Shown here one piece after another: positions 56,474-64,000 of a stretch of DNA of 64,000 nt (its first letter is position 1; each line of letters begins with the position of its first letter). Location: contig WJMJ01000071.1 in NCBI GenBank assembly GCA_014728035.1, positions 64,001-128,000 on the forward strand, read 5' to 3'. The position numbers and the translations under genes are program-made. Under the pieces are notes generated by a model. That model ran no database searches, was not told the DNA's origin, and was given only the letters and a program-made list of their open reading frames with translations. The DNA comes from Promethearchaeota archaeon. Lineage in GTDB: Archaea > Asgardarchaeota > Thorarchaeia > Thorarchaeales > Thorarchaeaceae.

Positions 56474-58940
56474 AGTGTCTAGTAACTGGTTGGTTAAAAC
56501 ACGTCAGATGAGCGAAGCTGGAAAAGAGATATTCTTAGGTGAAGCTCTGGTAACTCACATGAGGAGTTCTCGAGACCGTCAATTGTTCAGACGGCGTATT
56601 GATGGGGAAGTTCCATTGGAGGATTTGATTCGTGAGTTTGCAGCTTTTTACCTTCACACATATCAAGGGACAATAGTAATTAGCTATGAAGATACTGGGA
56701 GCGTTCCTGCAGAAGAAAAAGAAAAGGTAGCAAAAGATGAGCAGAGTCTCTTACGAGAAGAAATCAAGCTAATCCTTGATCGCCGGTTTAATGAAGGGCT
56801 TTTCACATTAAAAACCATCAGTGAATTTGTTGTGCGTTTTTGTAATGAATGTACAACTGCTGCGACAGACGAAACTGTTAGAACACAAGCTTCTGAGCTC
56901 ATCAAGGAATATCTCACAAAAATTCCAAGTGAATTTTCTCCCAATTGTAGGATAGATTTTCTAAATGAGATCACTGGTTGGGCTAATGAGTGGAGAGAAG
57001 AACTCTATATTAAAGCATCAGGATTGAAGGAGAGTTCGTTATCACTTATTGATGAACTGACTCGTCCACACGACCAAGAGATTGTTGAAATTTCAGTCCT
57101 GAAACGAGGTATCAATCAAGTGATTGGAGAAACTGTATATCTTAGAAGTCAGATAACTCCTACTTCACTAGACCCGGAAATTTGGGAGAAGATTGTCGAT
57201 ACGGTTATCAAAAACCTTTGCAAAGGCAGTATTGAAACTATTGTAGCAAAGACTGTTCATGCTTTAAAACGAGAAATCTTAGAATTCATTGAAGATAAAC
57301 TGAAAACGCCGTATACAATTGAGAAATTAGAAACTGAATTGGGTACTTTTGTTGCAGAGCGTTTTTCAGAAGTCATTATGGAAAACCAGCAAATTGCATT
57401 TGATATTCTTGATTTTTTCACCCAAACTCCTGCTGGAACCTCACAATCTACTTTGAGTAGAAACGGAGTGAGGTCTGCCGAATCTTTAGCTGAAGGCCTA
57501 TTAAAAGCATCAACGGATATTGGTGCTGAAACAGAAGTAAAACCTGAAGACCAACCAGATGCACCAGCTTTCACTAAAGAAGAATTGGAACGGTTAGAAC
57601 GCTCGATAAAACGAATTGATAAACTGGAACGGACTCTTGAGAAACCTGTTAAGGGAATGTTAAAAGCCAGAGGTTTACGAGCATCAGAGTTAGATAAAAT
57701 TGATATCACCCTCTTGACAAAAGACCCTACAAGCTTACTTGGAATGGAAATTCAAGTACTAGAGGCACTCAAAAAGAAGATGCGTGTTCCTTCACCAGAT
57801 GAGGTCAAGAAATTATTAGAAGCACGCGAGCTTGTGAAGAGTGGTGCATTGAAATCTATGGGTGTTAGTTCTGCTTCTGATATGAGTCAGCAAAGAATTG
57901 CTGGTGAAACAATGATTGCATTACGAAACGACCTTGCATGGTATTCATTTATACCAACTTTGCATCCTGTTGTTCGTGTTGTTGAAACCTATCATCGTTC
58001 CAAACAAGACCTTCTAAGAACGAAAGCACTTCTGAAAAGTATCTATGAGGATGCGGATACTCATCTACAGAACCTTCGAGAAGAAATTCTCATTGATCTT
58101 ATGCAAGAGAGAATCTATGAAATGAAGACAGTTCATCCCCATCTTCAAACAGCATCAATATCCGCTTGGTTCCATGCTCGATTGTCTAATCGTGATATAG
58201 ATCATGCAGATAATCTATTACGCACTACACCAAGCCCCCTATTTACTGGAGTCTTAGAAAAACCATTGAATGTAGATAAACTTGAATTCAATAATTACAC
58301 TATTGCATTTGATGTTATGCAACGTTTCTTGAAGCGAGAACGAGTGAAGAAGATGGAGAAAGAAGAGGCTGCAGTACAGGCAAAAATAGAAGAAGAACTA
58401 ATAGCAGAACGAAAACGTGCATCGCTCAGCCCTCTTATCTGGATTTACACAAAAAGCCATACAGTATTTCGAGCAATTGGACGAGTTGGTACAAAAGGTC
58501 TTGAATGGACCGCGACGGATGATGCAAAGTGTGCGAATCTCCTTGCATACTATGTCAAAATGCATAGAGATAGACCATTTTGTCGTGTCTGTGGGAGCAC
58601 TCCAAAAGAGGGTGATTGTGAAACTCATGGGAAAGGGCACATGGTTAATGCAGATGATATTGATAATCTGTCTGTTTTTGTCCAGCGTGCAATCTCAGAC
58701 ATCAAGGATGGTCTCATTGGTCCAACTGCAACACCTATGACTCTTGAAGAAGCAAGAAGAATAGTAAGACGAGAAATAAACGGATTACGTAGAAAAGGGA
58801 AACTCTCTTCAAAGACAAATATTTCTAGTATGATGCCAGGAGATATCAATTATATTGTCGGTCCAGTTATTGCAAAGCTAATTGGAAAATACTTCAATGA
58901 ATCACTCGTATATGCAGCACGCAGAGTAGATTTTGCATAA
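56460..58940 (+). CDS. Large hypothetical alpha-helical protein with CxxC-x8-CxxH zinc finger
   Basis: 826-aa ORF overlapping the upstream stop; FCRVCGSTPKEGDCETHG. Confidence 0.8.
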   Translation: MEATKVSSNWLVKTRQMSEAGKEIFLGEALVTHMRSSRDRQLFRRRIDGEVPLEDLIREFAAFYLHTYQGTIVISYEDTGSVPAEEKEKVAKDEQSLLREEIKLILDRRFNEGLFTLKTISEFVVRFCNECTTAATDETVRTQASELIKEYLTKIPSEFSPNCRIDFLNEITGWANEWREELYIKASGLKESSLSLIDELTRPHDQEIVEISVLKRGINQVIGETVYLRSQITPTSLDPEIWEKIVDTVIKNLCKGSIETIVAKTVHALKREILEFIEDKLKTPYTIEKLETELGTFVAERFSEVIMENQQIAFDILDFFTQTPAGTSQSTLSRNGVRSAESLAEGLLKASTDIGAETEVKPEDQPDAPAFTKEELERLERSIKRIDKLERTLEKPVKGMLKARGLRASELDKIDITLLTKDPTSLLGMEIQVLEALKKKMRVPSPDEVKKLLEARELVKSGALKSMGVSSASDMSQQRIAGETMIALRNDLAWYSFIPTLHPVVRVVETYHRSKQDLLRTKALLKSIYEDADTHLQNLREEILIDLMQERIYEMKTVHPHLQTASISAWFHARLSNRDIDHADNLLRTTPSPLFTGVLEKPLNVDKLEFNNYTIAFDVMQRFLKRERVKKMEKEEAAVQAKIEEELIAERKRASLSPLIWIYTKSHTVFRAIGRVGTKGLEWTATDDAKCANLLAYYVKMHRDRPFCRVCGSTPKEGDCETHGKGHMVNADDIDNLSVFVQRAISDIKDGLIGPTATPMTLEEARRIVRREINGLRRKGKLSSKTNISSMMPGDINYIVGPVIAKLIGKYFNESLVYAARRVDFA

Positions 58941-58961
58941 TCACAGTGAAGATGGTTCATT

Positions 58962-59288
58962 CTAATCCGAATCATCTCTCACTGACTCTGATATCCAACT
59001 CAAATATGTATCAGAACCACCCAATATTGGTATGATAACAAACTCAGGAACATCATAAGAGTGATTAATTTTGATGACCTCCCATAATTTGTCAGTTAAT
59101 GCTTTTTCAGTTTTCATCAGTAACAATGATTCTTTTCCTTTTTCGATTTCACCTTTCCAATGGTAAATACTCTGAACTTTTGGAAGGATATTCACACATG
59201 CACATTTCTTTGATGCAACCAAAATCTGAGCTAATGTATCCGCTTCATTTTCGGGACAGGTTGTTAGTACAAGAACGTAATCTTTCAT
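58962..59288 (-). CDS. cutA: Divalent-cation tolerance protein CutA
   Basis: VLTTCP, ACVNI, SIYHWKG, E..LLMKT, HSYDVPEF; true start ATG 59288. Confidence 0.93.
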   Translation of the reverse strand: MKDYVLVLTTCPENEADTLAQILVASKKCACVNILPKVQSIYHWKGEIEKGKESLLLMKTEKALTDKLWEVIKINHSYDVPEFVIIPILGGSDTYLSWISESVRDDSD

Positions 59289-59357
59289 ACTGAAACTGTA
59301 TACTGGGCTGGATTTATATGTGAAATGTTTGCTCGAAAGTATTGCTGGCTGATTCCC

Positions 59358-60758
59358 ATGTCTAAGAAATTCATTCCAAATGGAGTGATGCCCGCATTGG
59401 TGACTCCATTCACCAAAGACGGCGACATCATGGAAGAAGGTTTCAGAGAAGTAATTGATTATACAATTGAAAATGGAGCTACTGGTGTTGTTCCGGCAGG
59501 TACAACTGGTGAATTTGTTTACATGCGTACTGAGGAACGAAAGAAAATACTCAAACTTACTGTTGAGTATGTTAACGAACGAGTTCCAATAGTTGCTGGG
59601 ACTGGTCAAAATAGCACCAAAGCTACCATTGAATTGACAAAATATGCTGCAGATATCGGTTGTGATGCAGCATTGGTTATTTCTCCCTTCTATTTGCGTC
59701 CCTCTGACAAAGGCTACTATGAACATTATGCGACCGTAGCTAGAAAGAGTGATCTTCCTATTATTCTCTACAATATTCCACAATGTACTCTAGGTGTGCT
59801 CAATAGCTCTCTAGTTGAGGATTTAGCTGAAATTGACAATATTGTTGGAATTAAGGATAGTAGTGGAAATATCCCACACACTTTAGATTTGATTGAGAAA
59901 GTTAAGGATAAGATACCTGTACTTATTGGACACGATGAGTGTTTTCTGTCAGCTACTGCTGCAGGAGCAAGTGCAGCCATTTTAGCCTCAGCTAATGTTA
60001 TTCCTCATATCTGGTTGGACGTTATGAAAAAAATACAGACTGGAAAATACGAAGAAGCAAAACAGCTTCAATACTCTGTTCAAACTCTTTCTAGAATTAT
60101 AACACGAAATGGAGGAGCTCCTCCTGCTAAAGCAGCTCTTCGAATAATGGGTATAAATGCAGGTCATGCAAGATTACCTTTGAATACTGGTGGCACATTA
60201 ACCCGCGAACTTCGAGAAGAAATAAGAATAGAGCTTGAAAAACTCGAGTTGATTAAGCCATTGCAACACCCTGAATTAGTCAAGGAAGTTGACATGAAGG
60301 AGCTTGTAATGGAATATGGTCTAAATGAAGAATTCCTCTCCGACTTGAAAATCGGGAATGGCAGAAGCAATATAGTTTCAGCAAGTGTAATTTCAGGACA
60401 AGCGAATGGACCTCTTGGTGAAGTTTTTGTAAAACTACTTACCACTCCTAAAATCGGCTATGAAGCCCTTTCAATAATACTCGAACCGAATCTTCGCGTA
60501 CGTCCTAGTAGCTTAATGCTACCAATGCGTCAAATACGTTCTATGAGACAAGCTTCACTCTTTTATGGCCCTGTTCAATCAGGTGCTGCAAAAGCTGTTT
60601 CAGAGAGTCTGAAAACTAGGATGATTCCAAAAGAGCAAGTAGAATCCAATGTAATGATTATGGCAATGGATGTAGACCTTAACTCAAGAGATCGTAGAGC
60701 AATAACAAGAGCTGCGGAAGAAGCCGTTTCAGCAGCACTAGAGGAGATTTGGAGGTAG
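59358..60758 (+). CDS. DapA/NAL-family class I aldolase fused to a degenerate Fae domain
   Basis: PALVTPF, GTTGE, LYNIP, GIKDSSG; C-terminal LEPNLRVRP...FYGPVQSGAAKAV (Fae core). Confidence 0.88.
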   Translation: MSKKFIPNGVMPALVTPFTKDGDIMEEGFREVIDYTIENGATGVVPAGTTGEFVYMRTEERKKILKLTVEYVNERVPIVAGTGQNSTKATIELTKYAADIGCDAALVISPFYLRPSDKGYYEHYATVARKSDLPIILYNIPQCTLGVLNSSLVEDLAEIDNIVGIKDSSGNIPHTLDLIEKVKDKIPVLIGHDECFLSATAAGASAAILASANVIPHIWLDVMKKIQTGKYEEAKQLQYSVQTLSRIITRNGGAPPAKAALRIMGINAGHARLPLNTGGTLTRELREEIRIELEKLELIKPLQHPELVKEVDMKELVMEYGLNEEFLSDLKIGNGRSNIVSASVISGQANGPLGEVFVKLLTTPKIGYEALSIILEPNLRVRPSSLMLPMRQIRSMRQASLFYGPVQSGAAKAVSESLKTRMIPKEQVESNVMIMAMDVDLNSRDRRAITRAAEEAVSAALEEIWR

Positions 60759-60763
60759 ATATA

Positions 60764-62239
60764 ATGGTGAAAGATTTCAAATTCGAAGGTGTATTTCCCG
60801 CACTTGTTACACCTTTTGATGAAAACGGAGTAAATGAAGAACAGTATCGAGCTCTTATTGACTATGTGATTAAAGCTGGTGCAACCGGAATTGTCCCATG
60901 TGGTACAACAGGTGAATTTACCAGCATGAAATTTGAAGAAAAAGTTGAAGCCATTAAGATTGCTTGTGATGCTACAAAAGGACGTGTACCTGTTCTTGCT
61001 GGAACTGGTGCTGCTTATACAAATGATGCAATCAAGATTACACATCGAGCTGCTGAATTTGGTGCGGATGCTGCTTTGGTTGTTTCTCCTTATTTCTTGA
61101 AACCCACAAACAAAGAAATCTTTGAACATTATGAGAAGATAGCTAGAGCATGTGAACTACCACTTTTCCTCTATAATATTCCTCAAGTCACAGGTGTGAT
61201 GCTTGATTGGAAACTCATTGATGGACTTCGAGAGGTTGAAGGTGTTATTGGAATGAAAGATTCTAGTGGGAATCTTGTAAACCTTACTACCATTCTTGTT
61301 AGAAGGCCTGACGACTTCCAAGTTGTAATTGGACATGATGAAGTAGCCCTACCTGCATTTGCTACTGGCTGTGATGGAGCAATCCTTGCTAGTGCAAATA
61401 TATTCCCAGATCGCTATATCAAAATGCAAGCACAACTAGCTCAAGGTGACCTGAATGAAGCTCTCATTATTCAAAGGAGCATCCAAAAGACAGTTCGATT
61501 AATAGTGAATCGTGGTGGTGGTGCTATTGTTAAAGCTGCTCTTAACATGATGGGTATCCAAGTTGGAGATCCACGTCAACCGTTACTACTTGGAGATGTT
61601 CCATCCTATGATGACTTGGATGAAATCCGTACATGTCTGGAAGATCTTCTCCTCATTAAACGTGGACCTGTTAAGTTCAAGAAGGGTGATAATGTCGTCG
61701 TTGCTGAGAGCTATCCTATTGCCGTTGGTATGGTTCCTGAAATCATTACCGACTTAGAATTTATGCATGGTGAAGCACTCTGTGGTGAGGGCCAAGAAGT
61801 AGCTCATGTTGACTTGATAATGGGCCTTCGAGATGGGCCAATGCACGTGGCTGTAGAGAATGCTGGAAAAAGAGTGGAGGGATATCATTCTTCCAATGTA
61901 ATAAGCGGACTCGAACCTACTACAATATTTGCTCCAACTGTAACAATTACCCACGAAAAGCACAAAGATATGGTATACAATGTAGCACAACAAGCAGTAG
62001 TAGATGCCGTAAACCGAACAGTTACTGACCATGTACTTCCTGAAGAATTACTGAAGGATTTGGTCATTGCAGCAAATGTTTTCGTACATCCAAATGCTGT
62101 TAATCCAAAAAGAGTACATATCAATAATTTCCGAGCAGTTCGATTTGCAATCCGTAGAGCTATCGAGAAACGAGAGAGTGTTTCAGAAGTACAACTCCGC
62201 AAGGAGTCAGCTCGTCATCCCTTTGCATATCGTCCATAA
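60764..62239 (+). CDS. DapA/NAL-family class I aldolase fused to a Fae (formaldehyde-activating enzyme) domain
   Basis: GTTGE, LYNIP, GMKDSSG; HGEALCGEGQEVAHVDLIMG...VFVHP...NNFRAVRFAIRRA...ARHPF. Confidence 0.9.
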   Translation: MVKDFKFEGVFPALVTPFDENGVNEEQYRALIDYVIKAGATGIVPCGTTGEFTSMKFEEKVEAIKIACDATKGRVPVLAGTGAAYTNDAIKITHRAAEFGADAALVVSPYFLKPTNKEIFEHYEKIARACELPLFLYNIPQVTGVMLDWKLIDGLREVEGVIGMKDSSGNLVNLTTILVRRPDDFQVVIGHDEVALPAFATGCDGAILASANIFPDRYIKMQAQLAQGDLNEALIIQRSIQKTVRLIVNRGGGAIVKAALNMMGIQVGDPRQPLLLGDVPSYDDLDEIRTCLEDLLLIKRGPVKFKKGDNVVVAESYPIAVGMVPEIITDLEFMHGEALCGEGQEVAHVDLIMGLRDGPMHVAVENAGKRVEGYHSSNVISGLEPTTIFAPTVTITHEKHKDMVYNVAQQAVVDAVNRTVTDHVLPEELLKDLVIAANVFVHPNAVNPKRVHINNFRAVRFAIRRAIEKRESVSEVQLRKESARHPFAYRP

Positions 62240-62260
62240 AAACTAGCATAGAAAAGTTCA

Positions 62261-62330
62261 TGTATGGTGTGGTGAAATAACATAATATCAGCATCTCTGA
62301 AATCGTTTATCACCACACGATACAGTCTTT
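62261..62330 (+). terminator. Long imperfect inverted repeat after the DapA-Fae operon
   Basis: TGTAT-G-GTGTGGTGA ... TCACCACAC-G-ATACA followed by GTCTTT. Confidence 0.55.
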
Positions 62331-62354
62331 AAATAATACAATGCCGTGAATATC

Positions 62355-62561
62355 ATGCCAAGAAAATACAGTGATCAAATTAAGGATATTCTCAACAATA
62401 TGACCAGGGCCGAGATTGAAAATTTCGTACAAGAAGGGGAAGAAATCGTATTGGAAATAAATTCTGAATCTATTGTCCTAAGTCGAAGAAAAGAGATTAT
62501 TTCTGCAAAAGCTCTATCTTCATCTGAGAGAGGATTTCAGTATCGCCTCCCAAAAGAATGA
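62355..62561 (+). CDS. Small hypothetical protein
   Basis: 68-aa ORF downstream of a TTTAAATA box and followed by a T-tract. Confidence 0.55.
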   Translation: MPRKYSDQIKDILNNMTRAEIENFVQEGEEIVLEINSESIVLSRRKEIISAKALSSSERGFQYRLPKE

Positions 62562-63223
62562 CCATTTGTTTAGTAGCTTTCTTCTTTTTCAACAGTTAAA
62601 TCATCCGGATTTCGAGATTTTTGATATTTCGAAATACACCTTGTCAAAATGCGTCACAGTTGCATTCTATGGTACTTTGGAATTCAAAATCTACTACCGT
62701 TCGTATAAATAACCCAGTGTGAATATGAAAATAAAACGCAATCTCTCTCAAATCGCGTCACTACCAAACTTTGGAGAATTAGTCCATGGCCGAGGTCCAT
62801 AAATATAGTACATTAAACGCCTTAAAAAACCCGAGAGAGAAAGCTACACTCAACACAAAAGACGGGGATATTGATGTTGTTTCATACTATCTATTTCTCA
62901 ACTATCCCTTACCCGGACTAATCGAAGCTAGCATTTTGCAAACTTCAATGAATGAGATGACATTATTCCATTGCTAATGTGTTGATGGGACCATTATGGA
63001 CCCGGCCACCTTTTCTAAAAGAGAGCAGGCCTCAGACTGCTCTTGAGCAATCATTCCATTTCAGGTCAAACAGGGGTAATTTCATCATTGGCCTGCATTT
63101 CTAATAGTATCGAATAGCTACAAAAACATAGGGGAATGTAACCACAGGTGAAAACTTTGTCCAAGTTTTGCACAACGGGAATGTTCTTAGACAAGTACTC
63201 TTCTAGTAATCTATGTGGTTTTC

Positions 63224-64000
63224 ATGGTCGATGAAAAAAGAATGATAAAACTCCTTAGAGATTTGATTCAAACCAACTCTGAGAGTCCACCTGGTCGAGA
63301 AGTTGACGTTGCTAATGTACTAAAACAACATATGGCAGATTTTGGAATTGGGTGCAAGTCTGTTGGCCCCTCAGATAGACCGAATCTGATTTTTTTCACT
63401 CATGAGAACACATTAGGCCCTCTGGTAATTCATGGCCACATGGATACTGTCCCAGCTGGACCTTTAGAAAATTGGTCTCATGATCCTTTTGCTGGAAAGA
63501 TAGTTGGAAACAAGCTTTATGGGCGAGGTGCATGTGATATGAAAGGCCCTGTCACAGCCTTAGTAGAAACAATGATACTTTATGCTCAAGAAAAGCACGA
63601 AACACCTCTTGTGATGTTAGCAACTTCAGATGAAGAGAGTGGTTGTTCTGGTGCAGAAGAGGTAGCTGCGAGTGGAATATTATCTGGAGTGAAATATGGG
63701 ATATGTGCAGAACCTACAAGTCTAGATGTACTTGTTGGTGAAAAAGGGATGTTTTGGTCCAAAATTGTTGCTAGTGGTAAATCTGCACATGGATCTCGTC
63801 CTGAAGAAGGCATCAACGCAATTGCATTAGCTGTCAAAGGGCTTGAATGTATAACTCAGAAGGCATTTCCATACACAACTGATGAATTACTAGGCACTCC
63901 TACATTGAATGTTGGTATGATAAATGGGGGTATTAAAATCAATGTTGTTCCAGATTCTTGTGAGATTCACCTGGATATGAGAATTGTAAAAGGTCAGACA
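63224..64000 (+). CDS. M20 family metallopeptidase (ArgE/DapE-like), 3'-truncated by the window edge; absent from the ORF track
   Basis: Manual translation: MVDEKRMIKLLRDLIQ..HGHMDTVP..YGRGACDMKG..SDEE..AEPT..GKSAHGS..NVVPD. Confidence 0.93.
   Translation, partial: MVDEKRMIKLLRDLIQTNSESPPGREVDVANVLKQHMADFGIGCKSVGPSDRPNLIFFTHENTLGPLVIHGHMDTVPAGPLENWSHDPFAGKIVGNKLYGRGACDMKGPVTALVETMILYAQEKHETPLVMLATSDEESGCSGAEEVAASGILSGVKYGICAEPTSLDVLVGEKGMFWSKIVASGKSAHGSRPEEGINAIALAVKGLECITQKAFPYTTDELLGTPTLNVGMINGGIKINVVPDSCEIHLDMRIVKGQT

Noticed and set aside
59289-59783. N-terminal extension of the 273-aa CutA ORF
   Set aside because: It is the antisense shadow of the DapA-Fae gene; CutA homology starts at MKDYVLV (59288).
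59358-62239. Plain dapA duplication for lysine biosynthesis
   Set aside because: Both copies carry Fae domains and no other dap genes are nearby, so the gene symbol was withheld.
1-64000. CRISPR array, rRNA, IS elements, prophage
   Set aside because: No regularly spaced direct repeats, rRNA-like sequence, transposase, integrase or capsid genes were recognised.

Overview
Gene-dense, low-GC archaeal chromosomal segment, most likely from an Asgard archaeon (Thorarchaeota-like). This assignment is an inference from the Snf7/ESCRT-III gene, the presenilin-type protease, tungsten AOR, PGI/PMI, Fae domains, TATA boxes and GGAGG/GGTGA ribosome-binding sites. About 55 CDS, mostly peptide uptake (Opp ABC), amino-acid catabolism (GdhA, IlvE, AOR, M20 hydrolase), nucleotide salvage and membrane-protein quality control. 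No rRNA, tRNA, CRISPR array or transposase was seen. Most notable: (1) two tandem DapA/NAL-family aldolase-Fae (formaldehyde-activating enzyme) fusions, suggesting an undescribed aldolase-to-H4MPT formaldehyde channelling route; (2) a ChlI/ChlD-like AAA+-vWA gene split by an A_AAA_AAA -1 frameshift, where the shifted product gains a transmembrane hairpin; (3) three clustered structured non-coding elements exposing anti-Shine-Dalgarno-like CCUCC motifs; (4) a GCS2-type carboxylate-amine ligase fused to a long beta-sandwich array next to an N-formylglutamate-amidohydrolase-like gene; (5) a circularly permuted OppA; (6) several Asgard-type proteins with eukaryote-like modules (orphan ESCRT-III, tandem PH-like, FHA-like, UBM-like repeats, a large polyproline/coiled-coil gene pair). 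All family assignments come from motif recognition by eye, not from database searches.
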